61,667 nucleotides of DNA from Perkinsus chesapeaki ATCC PRA-425 (taxonomy: Eukaryota; Protista; Perkinsozoa), in NCBI GenBank assembly GCA_013115145.1, contig JAAPAO010000151.1, positions 1-61,667 of the forward strand, given 5' to 3'. Positions within the stretch are counted from its first letter, which is position 1, and each line of letters begins with the position of its first letter. Both the position numbers and the translations under genes were made by a program. The notes beneath the pieces are model-generated. The model saw only the letters and a list, made by a program, of their open reading frames with translations, did no database searches and was not told where the DNA came from. Shown piece by piece: positions 1-11,789 of the stretch.

Positions 1-1541
1 AGCTCGCTACCGCTCGCTTGCTTTCATGGATTTAAGGTGCACCATTCCTTGATTTCGACGGTAGCTTGGATTACGGTTTTGGAGCTTGGATTTCCCCATC
101 TTGCTTGGATTACCACACATAGCTTGGCTTACAGTGGTCAGCCCCACTTTATCGGATAAAGTTTATCCTTTCTTTATCGTCAAAAATGATCAAAGTATCA
201 AAATTTCGGTTCCTAGTCCTCGGACTCGGAAGCCCGTCGCACTTTAACCACCTCCAGATAACCTGAACCAGGTTGGGACATGACCCGTGCTACATCGGCA
301 GTTTAATCCGAGCAAATGGTGCGTCATAAGATCATTTGCATGGAATTAGATATTTGAAAAAGCGCGAGAAAACCATAATAAAATAACTTCGGTGTGCTGT
401 TTTTCCGTGCGCTAAATAATACGCAAAGCGATCCATGGCTTTTCAAAAGCTAATAGGGTGGACTATGGGCTCGATACTTAGCATTGAGCCCGGGCGTACG
501 GGCACTGTTTCTAGGTCAGACGGTAGGAAGTTTTGAAACCCCTTTAAGGAAGGCACCACCCAGGAGCCATGTCTCCGCGCCAGCACTGTTCTGACACATG
601 TTTTCGTTCACTGTTTCCATACCGGAGCTTCCAGTACCTTGCGCGTTGTGACCGATACTCGTTGGTGTTGCTCTATACTACGGCTACACCGAGATTAATT
701 ACCAGAATGGCATCAATTCTTTCGTAGAATCTTCAAAACAGAATTATTTCGGTGGAGCAGCTCCACTGGAGCTCATCTCCGAGGTGCTCAAATGCTCCCC
801 ACTGGAGTTCATCCAGATAGTAATGCCCTTCACCTACATATTACGACTTCTTCCGACCAAAGAGTCAATGAGGAGTCAGCGTAACCCACACGATCCCGCA
901 ACGGCCCGTTGCCAACGGGGACGGTTTTCAGGTATAAATCATCATGTTTCTTTGGTATCTCAAATTCCCATCAGCGCCTCGTTATGAGCCTCCCTTTGTC
1001 TCCAAGGGAGTCCTCCGTCCACGGTCCGATCGCACACTTTCGACCTGAGAGCGCTCTGTAGCTCATGCAGCACAAGTGTGCACCCTGACCTGGCCAAGTC
1101 CAGCGTAGCTGAAAAGCAGTTCTTGATCATGGGGCCAGTCGAAATCTAAATCGCCGCACGCTCCGAGTGGAGCGGCGTTTTGGGGAATTGCACCCTCTGC
1201 TCGTGAGAGTGAATATGCACATCGCTTAACGTCAAAAACGTTCTTTTCAAGCATTATCTTAGAAATCTCAGCGTCGTAGCGAGTTGACTCCAACGACACA
1301 AACTTTTCGCACACTGTCGATCTAACAGTGTCAGAAAGCTTGGAGGGCCCAAGGACGCCTGGAGATTCCGTGCGGGAGCCGTGGCGTACGCCATGCGCCG
1401 TAGCTTAGGCAACTCGTAGCGAGGACGCGAGCGGAGTTGATTGCGAACACGCGATCATGCACTTCAGCGCCTCGGGGTCTAGGTAATTTCGCCTTCCATC
1501 CCATTCTTTCAGAGTTGTAAATTCCTTACATCTTCAACATC

Positions 1542-2402
1542 ATGCTCAAGAGCTTTGTCGTTATCTCACTTGCCATTGTGGGGTTCGGTATTAAAATTGA
1601 CGAGGTAGATGAGTACGGCTACGACGAAGACTCTATGGCACAGCTGTTCGACTCCTTGAAAGAGCTTGAAACCGAGGTCAAGAAAATGAATGAGGAACGT
1701 GTCGCCTCTTTCCCCAAGGGCGTCCAGCAAGCTCAGGTTGATGATGGTGGTAAATTCTATTATCCACCTGGTTGCAATTCCACCACCCAGATTTTCAACT
1801 ACTCCTACTGCTTTCATGGTCAACTGAACCAGAGCGAGCAGACCACTATCGACGCCGTGGTTGACTTGTTTGATGTTGATGATCCGGGATATAATACCGC
1901 CATTGGCTTGAAAGCTGTTTATGATGGTAAAACTCAGTCAGAACTGCACGTCCACGCAGGTGGTGATGCCCAGATTATTTTATATAGGAAAAAGCTTGGA
2001 GGTGCCACGATCTACTTAAGAGCCTATGACGAGGATTTGTCTCAGTCTTCGGGTTTAGGTGATACCTCCAAGGAGAGCTTTGTAGCCATTCCTCATTTCA
2101 AGATATACGCTTTCAAGAAACAGATAGCGGATATTGATGTTCAGCCCGGCGAGAACTCAAAGAGTTATGTCTTCGCGGGTAAACCTTACAACCTTGGTTT
2201 TAATGTATCGGTCTACGTGGAGAAGAAAGTGAAGCTTGGCATCAAGATTGGTGCAGCATTGGACTTGTCTTTGACGACGGTCAAGAACAAAATAACTAAC
2301 TGGTTTTTGAAAGGTGCGGCCCGTATCGTGGTGAAGCCACCTATCGGGCCTAACGTGAATTTCCCTTATGATTATCTCTCGACGGTTATAAATATAAGGT
2401 AA
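1542..2402 (+). CDS. Intronless secreted hypothetical protein, 286 aa (copy 1)
   Basis: Clean ORF ATG to TAA. Hydrophobic N-terminus MLKSFVVISLAIVGFG, then an acidic stretch and a beta-rich body. Close paralog at 4920-5783. Confidence 0.85.
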   Translation: MLKSFVVISLAIVGFGIKIDEVDEYGYDEDSMAQLFDSLKELETEVKKMNEERVASFPKGVQQAQVDDGGKFYYPPGCNSTTQIFNYSYCFHGQLNQSEQTTIDAVVDLFDVDDPGYNTAIGLKAVYDGKTQSELHVHAGGDAQIILYRKKLGGATIYLRAYDEDLSQSSGLGDTSKESFVAIPHFKIYAFKKQIADIDVQPGENSKSYVFAGKPYNLGFNVSVYVEKKVKLGIKIGAALDLSLTTVKNKITNWFLKGAARIVVKPPIGPNVNFPYDYLSTVINIR

Positions 2403-4919
2403 ATTCCGTCAAAGTAGCAGTTCGGCCACAATGCAGCCTTGGTTGTCTGTATGATACAGTCTTTATGGATGCGTTGGTTTCGGGACATGTGCTCCCAACA
2501 GTCATATCGTGGTTGATATGCTCTGTTCTTTTTATTAACCATTTTATACGGTTCGTGTTGGCGCTTCACAATATTAGCTTACACGGCATTCAGTAGCCTC
2601 CGATAATTCCAGTGTTACTTGAGTTCAGAACTTGGAGGGTTTTCATGCGCGACCAACTACTTGATTGGCATTATCAGATAAAACCTACATTGCGGATTTC
2701 TTTCGGAACCTCCCGGAAGAGGAAGGTTCTGAGTTATCCGGGACCTTGAAGCTTGCATGCCGTATAGGTGAGTAAACTCAGATCAACATAGAGTCTCTAC
2801 CAAGTGTAATTCCGGAACGTAGGCGAAAAGAAATTTCTAATTCAGGAGCTACTATGTGGAGATATTTGACTCATTGTACGGAAACTCCTGCTGGTCCAGC
2901 AGTGCTGGAGCGTGCTCTTCGGGAGAGCCTCCTCCCGAAAGTTCCTCCACAGAGCGGAAACCGGGCGAAATTGGAGGTGTTCCAAGTTGCGCGTTCCAAA
3001 TTGGAACTTTCAATCGGCCGGTGATTCAACCGTTCTCGGCTATGCGGCTGCCGCTATGGTCCGAGACCAAAGATAAAAGCCTCCATCTCTGATAGGATTT
3101 TCGTAGACCCTCCGATCTTGCCTCGGATAATAATTTCCAATAATGTGCGCAATGATGACAGGCGGCCTGTGACACAGGCTGTCATTAACAGTTCCGCGCG
3201 GAGCTCTTTCGAGGGAGTCACTACCGCACTGCGCGGAATGTAGTGGTTTCTGACATTGAAAATTTAACATGGAGTGAATGCCTCACTGTAAGACGCGCGG
3301 GAGGTTCAGGACTTGGGCAGCTAGAGCTCGTTTAACTTTCTTCGGAGTCCGAAATGCACACTTCGGATCACCTTCATTTATCCGAAGTTTACATTACAAG
3401 GAACTCGGGCCCAGGAAATAATATAGTGTAAGCTTACCATAGCATGACCCCCCACGCCCTCGGAGACCTGGTCCATTGGACCGTTTTGTACGTCTGAGTC
3501 ATGTGACTCACCGAAAAGGTGGAGAGATTCGAGGCTGTAATTGCTACACCAGGTACATCGGTTGAGGATAACGCCAAAGATTCGGGTTCAGAATTGGACA
3601 CGAAACTCACCTACTGCGGTCTTTGCATAGGATATGACCATGAAGAGGACTAACTATAACCAAAGACAGCATCTGTTAGACAATACGCGATGGATGGTAT
3701 GATGCCCAGGATTTCTTGTGAGAGAGGAAGGTAGCAGGCGCTCCCGCAGGCGTGCCATTCCGGCGAATGCATTCCCGGGTGTGACGATCCGACACCTAGG
3801 GCTCCGCGGCTCTAGCTCTAGAGAAAGAAGAGACTCTGCGCTACCAAGTACTAACTGCGCAATAAGTTCAGTACCCCTTGAGACTCATAAGACTTGTACG
3901 ACGTCAAGTTAAATTCTCTTCAAATTGACGTTGGTCACGAAACGCTGGGCACTTCCTAATAGTATGGCGGTCTCAGTGGAGCAGGAGTCCTCCGGCGGGG
4001 GGAACTGCTGCGCAACTTTCGCAGCGCAAGGCACCGTGCAACTACGTAGTCACACTTCACCCGCGATTCACGATCCACTCCTGGTCGGGCATAATGACAA
4101 TTCGCCTTTTGTGGATCAAATGATTCCGAAACCGCGGCCCTCCGAGAATATTTCCTGCCGACGGGCCGAGAAGCGGGCAAATGCGGTGGTGATCCGCAAT
4201 CGCGTTTCATTGAAACCTCAAGTAAAGCCGTAGTCCCAGTACAAAGCGCGTTTCCCTGCAGGCGCGTGTATCGACCGAGTCGATTCGATTCGTAACTATC
4301 TCTTATCATGACTGCAGTACCAGAGGAAGCGTTATTTTCTTTGAGTTACCTCCAGACCGGAGCGTCTAGGGGAGCAGAAGTCCTCCGGATGGACATGGTA
4401 TGGAGCTAGAGCATCCAGATTGTAATGGACTCTTCTCGGCAGTGCGGACCCATTTCACCGCGGCGTGAGTGTCTAGCACAGAGCCAGACGGTTGCTAAGC
4501 CCAAGAAGAACCCCTAAACGGCGCTCGATGAGCGCAGCACTTGGGGTGTCGTGGAAACTGCGAATATTGACAGGCAAATGCACGGAGCCGAACATATCGT
4601 GCAGAAAACCTGTCTGATATACAGTCCACCCAGAAGCTGTGGTAAGTATGCGGAATGTCAAAACTTTAGTAGGGATTACAAGGCTCCACACAGTATCCTC
4701 AATAATTGAAGGAAATGCGGTATAACCTTACATCGTGATATTTGTATTGCAGGGTGTCAGATCGCGTGGAGGCTCTAGAGTGGAGCCACGGCGCATACTA
4801 TTCGCCACGGTTCGGAAATTACAATGAAAACCATAGTGAGTTCGAGCCCAGTGCGTTTCGGTGCTGTTGTCCTTCGCACAAAGTTTTCAGAGTTGTAAAT
4901 TCCTTACATCTTCAACATC

Positions 4920-5783
4920 ATGCTCAAGAGCTTTGTCGTTATCTCACTTGCCATTGTGGGGTTCGGTATTAAAATTGACGAGGTAGATGAGTACGGCTAC
5001 GACGAAGATTCTATGGCACAGCTGTTCGACTCATTGAAAGAGCTTGAAACCGAGGTCAAGATAATGAATGAGGAACGTGTCGCCTCTTTCCCCAAGGGCG
5101 TCCAGCAAGCTCAGGTTGATGATGGTGGTAAATTCTATTATCCACCTGGTTGCAATTCCACCACCCAGATTTTCAACTACTCCTACTGCTTTCATGGTCA
5201 ACTGAACCAGAGCGAGCAGACCACTATCGACGCCGTGGTTGACTTGTTTGATATTGATGATCCGAGGGACAATACCGCCATTGGCTTGAAAGCTGTTTAT
5301 GATGGTAAAACTCAGTCAGAACTGCACGTCCACGCAGGTGGTGATGCCCAGATTATTTCATTCGGAGATAAAAAGAAGGCTGCTGCGACGATCTACTTAA
5401 AGGCTTATGACGAGGAGTTATCTCAGCCTTCGGGTTTGGGTGACACCACTAAGGAGAGCTTTGTAGCCATTCCTCATTTCAAGATATACGGTTACGGTTA
5501 CTGGCTAGCGGATGTTGATGTTCAGCCCGGCGAGGATGCAAAGAGTTATGTCTTCGCGGGTAAACCTTACAATCTTGGTTTTAATGTATCGGTCTACGTT
5601 GAGAAAGAAGCGAAGCTTGCCTTCAAGATTGGTGCAGCATTGGACGTGTCTTTGACGACAGTCAAGAACAAAATAACTAACTGGTTCTTGAAGGGTTCCG
5701 CCCGTGTCGTGGTGAAACCACCGATCGGACCTAACTTCAATTTCCCTTACGATTACATCTCGTCATTTATAAGTATAGAATAA
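4920..5783 (+). CDS. Intronless secreted hypothetical protein, 287 aa (copy 2)
   Basis: Clean ORF. N-terminal half nearly identical to 1542-2402; C-terminal half differs in patches. Confidence 0.85.
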   Translation: MLKSFVVISLAIVGFGIKIDEVDEYGYDEDSMAQLFDSLKELETEVKIMNEERVASFPKGVQQAQVDDGGKFYYPPGCNSTTQIFNYSYCFHGQLNQSEQTTIDAVVDLFDIDDPRDNTAIGLKAVYDGKTQSELHVHAGGDAQIISFGDKKKAAATIYLKAYDEELSQPSGLGDTTKESFVAIPHFKIYGYGYWLADVDVQPGEDAKSYVFAGKPYNLGFNVSVYVEKEAKLAFKIGAALDVSLTTVKNKITNWFLKGSARVVVKPPIGPNFNFPYDYISSFISIE

Positions 5784-7799
5784 ATTTATTCAAAAAGGAA
5801 TGTCGGCCACAATGGCGCTTTAATCTTCAGACATGCGCTCTTGATAGCCATATCAAGGCCGATTTTTTATGTACCTTTTTTATTGAGCTCTCTTGCTTGT
5901 GACTCTTATTGGCTACTAGTCAATGACTAGTCGGAAGTTAGTATTGAGAGATGTCTATTAGCCCATAACACTGCGGGTGTGACCTGGGTTGAAATAGTCA
6001 TGACGACCAAGACCAAGCGAAATAATCTTGCCGGGTAAGAGTTTCCGTTGTCAACTTTGTGTCTATTTTGTTGTTACATTATGTTCAGGATATATGTGGA
6101 TGTACGCCCCTCTTTTAAACGGTAGAGCACAAGCGCGGTTAGGTCTCCCAACCATCTTATCCTGGCAACTTGTTACTTGAGTTCATTCAATATATCCGCA
6201 GTACGCTAAGTGCAGACGACAATAATGCGGAAGCTCTGCTACAAAACTGGAGATTCTCCAGTGGATAATCGCCAGAGCCGATCAACTTCAGGTTCAGCTT
6301 GATCAACCGGGTTGGCCCTCACTTCACAGAGGTCAGGCATTGGAAGTCTTGTTCTGCACTGCAGTTCAAACCACACTGTTCTTGTCACTCCAGCGGCAAT
6401 TCAAGTGTGTAGCTGCACGTATGTAGACCCGTAGCGCTGTCCAATCACCGTTGAAGTCGAAAACTCAGTGGTCGACGAACTCAGTTGATTCCTTGTTTCC
6501 AAACACGGTTTCCTGAAGGCCGTCTCCGCGTGACTACCAGCAAGAAGCACCTACGTGAGATCGATACGCACCGAAACCAGGACCTAGTAGTAGTAACTCT
6601 GGCCTTTGTAACATTTTTCAATCGATAAGCATAGATTGCCGTTGCGAGTCTTCACAGTGAAGCCACAGTGATCGAGAGCCACCATCTGGCTGCCAGATTC
6701 TGGCACATTTTCGGCGAACCTCTAAATCTTGGAATTATCGAATTAGAAAGATATTAAATAACAAAGCTCATAATTGGTTCTCAATCCCAAAGAGGAATGA
6801 GCAGTCCGTATTCAATCCTTGTCAACATGGCGCGTCCTAGGTCTCATCTTGGACAGGCTTGCAGACACCTCCAAGGTTCTTAGTAACAACAACTGTCTTA
6901 GTGTGTGACAGACCGGTTCAGAGTTCGTGGCTTGCCTCAACGACCGTTGGTCATCCTTAATTGACCGACTCGAACCCTTGAATCCAACAGAAACAACTCT
7001 CACGACCATTCATGGTAATTATCCTCCAAACGTTCTCGCGACTTGATCGTTTTCTGGTCGGCAAGTCGCTTGTGGTATCGGCGGACAAAATTGGTATTAG
7101 GTTTCTCCACAGGTTGAGTGTCAGCTTTCTCTACTGTGTTTGGTATAAGCAATGGATCGTCGTTATGGTAGGGCTCGTAAGTTGGACTGAAACACAATAT
7201 TAAGATAAATTCAGAATTCATGCAGAGTTCAAAGATGAACTCAAGTTACACTAATTTTGCCTCCCACGTCGCGACGTCAGGATTTCAGTTGCAATTATCT
7301 CTTCCGTTCTTACATTCGGAATAGGCGGTGCACTCCCCAGAGTTTTCCCTTATCGCTACGATTAGGGTGAGGCACAGAAATGTATATGTCAGAGATGTCG
7401 GATATTGCACACGACCGAATCGGATAAATGGGTGCTGGTCGGAAATAATTGTGACGGGCCGGATATTTGCCTGCGGTATCTCGGAAATAAGTGCGCATGT
7501 CGGAATCATGACCGGGAAATGCTGTAGATTCGCATACTGTACTCCTTCACGTACGGTCCTTCACAGTCTGATTGAAAGCTTGTCCCGCGCCGATATAAAT
7601 GAGTTATCGATCGAAATTCGTAGGCCATCCCAGATGTATACGACTCGCATCTACACGAGGTGTGAGCTCTGAGAAATCCCTAGCTTTTACAGAATTTCTG
7701 GCGACCCAACAAATAAAAGTGCAGTGTAAATAGCATACCAATATAGGTACTGTAGAGTATTGCACTATTAATAGTGCAATAGTACAGAATAAATGATCG

Positions 7800-10745
7800 C
7801 ACAGAAGCCCACCTCCGCTCCGTCGAAGGAACAACTTCGTGTGGTAGTTCGACAGCATCCCACAAATCTTCACAGTGCGATGATACCTCATCCTCAATGT
7901 ACCTAGGAGTAAATCTCTCCAAGAGACAGATGACCTACCAGCCGAGTTTGTCAAAAATCTCTTGCATATGTGGCGGGACAGGGGCCACAATGTCGATCTG
8001 CTCACCGCCGAACGAATGCATCGATATTTGCCGAGAGCACACCTAAGGACGACCATGAGCTTAAACCTCCTTAGTTGCCAGAGACGGTGGTTGCTCCAGA
8101 TCTCCCGCATGATCGCTCACCATGCGCTTCTGTAAAATGTCTTCTCCAAACATGTCGATTCTTTGTCGCATATGTTTCTCAGGGTAAGGGTCACTCCACC
8201 GAATGGCCTGCTTCGCATAGCTGAGGAGTGGGAGGAATACTTCATACACAGCATACACAGCGTTTAATGTTCCTCGTTTATGAGTAACAAGTCCCCGCAG
8301 TAGAAGCTGACGACTCACCACCGATCAACTCAAAGACCTTTCAGTTGGTTGAATTCCTGATTCAGACTATACGGTGGAAATGCAACAGCGGGAAGATGAA
8401 TACACGCAGGGAATCATCTGGCTTCACAGAAGTGTTCTCCTCGGAGGTCCAAAAAGTGGACCAGATATTATCGATCCAAACAGCTCCGAATAAAACCATT
8501 TTATCAGAATGCACTCGTTAACGAAGAGGGAACATCAAATGCACTGGTCCTTCTAATGCTAACATCTCATTTTTCTTTGTGACACAAAAACTGAGCCCAT
8601 GCCGCTACAGCTCGAAAACATTCATCCCGATCCGAGGTCCTACATTTCATCGCCTACAATTGGTGTTCTCAGTCCGAAGGCGCAATGTGCCTGTAATTGA
8701 TCACGACGACCGGTATACCTGCGAGATTCCATCTCAACCTTGCTCGCTGCCAAACGCTACGGTTCCAGCTTCAATAGTGTAACCCCTCCCGCAAAGGAAG
8801 AGTATTTAAGAATCTCCCACTTGGTGATCGCCGAGAGCTCCGCCGAATGAAATGATGCGGGAACAACGTGATGGCCTCTGAAATGAACCCACAACCTCTT
8901 CTGAAATCCAAGATTTTGCGTGGGAATCTCAGGAATATCCGTTCGGCTTCTTCCTCAACCGCTGGGTATGACTTGTGAGCTGGATTTCATCACCATGTTC
9001 ATACCGGACTTATGGTCAAAAAGCGTGTTTTTGGCTGATCGGTATTTTCCATATCTCCTTCAACATTTTCTCAGGCTCGACTACAGATGTAGCCACCCAC
9101 GTGCAGTCTTCCAGGGAAGTCGGTGATCTTCGCAAAATATGAACTAGCAGTTTCGCGCCTACTCGTTGCGTTCCGTCAACATTCGAGCTCGAAAAGATTC
9201 AGTATCAAAAACCACTACGAGGCGGAGAATGCTCAAAGATCTTGATCAATGTCTCCAGATCTTCAAGTTGAATAATTTTCTTAACATAATTTTACTGAAG
9301 TTCAAGAAAATAATTTCACACTTTTCCAAACGCTATCCCGCAATATCGTCTTCCAGTTCTCCTATGCTTTCATAAAACCTCTCTCCCCAAGAAGTAAACT
9401 TGCGTGAACTCCACTAGGAAGATTCGTGTTTGTCCTCGCACACAATTGGCTGTCTCCTTTCAAATGAGCCATTTATGATATTTTGAAATCTCCCGACGAG
9501 TAATGCTTGCATAAGACGGGTAGGATACTTCACGGGTGTCTAGCTCCGACCTGGTGCCCACCTGTGAACTAACGGTATATTGATAGTTCCACTGAACTGT
9601 CTTGGACCAAGCTCAACCCTACCCCAAACCAGCGCCCAATAGATCCGGCTCCAAAATGACCTAAACAAATATACTGTTTCAATCACTGCGGTCGGAGGAC
9701 ATCCTTCTTTCACCTCGCCCCAATCCGATCCCTCGCCATGGTCGCCGAGGCCCTGTGTCGTGCAAGTAGCTGTACACCAGCAGTTTGCGTGTCCAGCCTG
9801 TGAATGAGCGTTGGTATCTCCGAGGAGGAGGAGGTGGCGAACGCTCGAAGGTGACGTTGAAGACTAAAAAAAAGAAATAGCAAGTACTAAATTCTCTTCG
9901 GTTCGCCGCGAAGAAGGCGTAGGGGAACATCAGCTGTCTCCGAAATGAATGCATTGGAAACTATTTTCTAACTTTGCTCTTCACATCCTCCACATCAGGA
10001 ACGTTTCCCGAACCCGAGCAACAAATCTCTGTGAGGCCAAATGACTCCATTTTCATCGCCGCTCTACTTTACGAAGTAGAGCTTCTTTTATATATTGTAA
10101 TCCAAATCACTGACAAGCCCATGATGAGACTTTCACGTGCCACAAGTGATGAGATTGAGTGTCCAAGAACGACAAAGTGAGCTCTCGATCCTATTTGATT
10201 GACAATTCCACGGAGATTCACAATCTACCTAATTTCTGTGCTTTGGATAGGAAATTGGGAAAAAATAAAAGCCTAAATTTTGGCGCGAGTCTGGGTCGGA
10301 ATACCTGTCCTTGACCTTTGGTCCATCGGTTACAGAAAGCCCCCATGGCTTGTTAATCGCTATGTAGTCAGCGTCTCGGTATAATACCGCATCCTCCACA
10401 CGTGCTACGTGAAGAGCCTGAGAACACTTTTTTTATCTTCCATATTTTCATTGTCGTTTCTCCCATGGTTCGCTACAGGTGCACCGAAGCCTTTTAGCCT
10501 CAACTTCTCCTCACCTCGGCAGCTCTTGCCTTGAAATCGCCTTCGCTGAATTCTCCCTCTCGAACAGCAGCCGGCTTCTTCCTCTTCCTTTTTTCCTCTG
10601 AATCTTCCGGCCTAGCATCCCCGAGGTTTTTCACTTCCGGTGATTTCGATAATTTCATTTTTAATTTTCTCGAGGCTGTCGTGACCGGTGCCGATTTAGC
10701 CTCACTGAATCGTCTCGTCGTGGTTCGTGGTAGAAACATTGACAA
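7800..10745 (-). pseudogene. RluA-family pseudouridine synthase, multi-exon, apparently frameshifted (pseudogene or consensus errors)
   Basis: Minus-strand exons give LYRDADYIAINKPWG (~10400-10340), LIHRLDTQTAGVQLLAR (~9810-9760), RIYWALVWG..SGTINIPL (~9640-9575), TGRRDQLQAHCAFGLRTPIVGD (~8715-8650) and GEQIDIVAPVPPHMQEIFDKLGW (~8010-7940). Frame breaks at G-runs near 10340 and 8790. Ends approximate. Confidence 0.7.
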
Positions 10746-11789
10746 AAGTATCGAACGATGAAACTGTTGTTGGTCTTCTTATGGCCGCGACGAGCGTCGG
10801 ACGCTGTCTCATCTAAGCAGTTCTAAAAATGATCAGAATGAGTACCTATAGGAATTGGGCGGCCCCATTCTTGCCAAGAAAATAACCGAGCCTTGCGTGA
10901 ACGACTGGTTGATTTTCAACAGTTCCAGACGAATTCTGAAAATCTCTTTCCACAATATAGGCTACGAGATTCTGACATCGTCAATTGTCATATCGCATTG
11001 ACAATGCCAACATAGAACTTACTAGAAATCTTTGCGCCAAGATAGACAAAATCGATCAACCGTTTCAAATGCGGAGTAGATATGATCCTCAACGTTCAGG
11101 TACTAGTTTCGAATGTCTAATAACATAACAGGGAAATACAAGAGGATTTGCAGATGGCTGACCAATCAGCGGATGAGATGATAACGGAGAGCTTTCATTG
11201 TGACTTTCGCTTGTCAAGAATGTATATTATGCTGATACCAGGCTTGGTCATGTTTTCCCGCGCGCCCTTTTATTATTATTAAAAACTAACTCAATATACT
11301 TGACCAGTGAAAGATGATCACCGAAGTTGTTTTGCCCAGTGGAGCTTACTTGTTAAACTGTGGAACCAATCATCGAGGTGCTGCGAATATGAAACGAACG
11401 GTACCGGTGACATACCTGCATATCGAAGGAGTTATATGTGCAAATCGCCGGGGTGAGGGTGTAAAGCCAAGAGAACCATGCCAACCACAGATTTCTACCC
11501 CACATTAAACTTAGTTGCTGAGAGGTAATTCTTATGCACCGTATGGATCGATACCGCACGCGATCAATATGGTGCGTTAAGATATTCAACGTGATGGCTT
11601 TGCAGCAGTCTCCATCGCCGCTGGCCTGGGTAGTAGTCGACGGAATAGTACCGGCGGAGCTGGGCTAGCCAGCTTGTTAGGCACTGCTGCTGGCTGGCTG
11701 GCTGCCACCGGGACAGTGCCGTAGATTTCACACCCGCCTCCGTCGATCAGATTCATATTTCGATCTGATCATAATCGAAACGTACTTGT

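Noticed and set aside
784-8782. Numerous short ORF-track entries outside the called genes (and similar ones throughout the window)
   Set aside because: No motifs, often overlapping antisense to real exons or read through introns; regarded as spurious.
7800-10745. Stop-codon reassignment to explain in-frame stops
   Set aside because: Some stops resolve as short GT-AG introns (e.g. GW|YIEDE), and confident genes in the window end in TAA, TAG and TGA.
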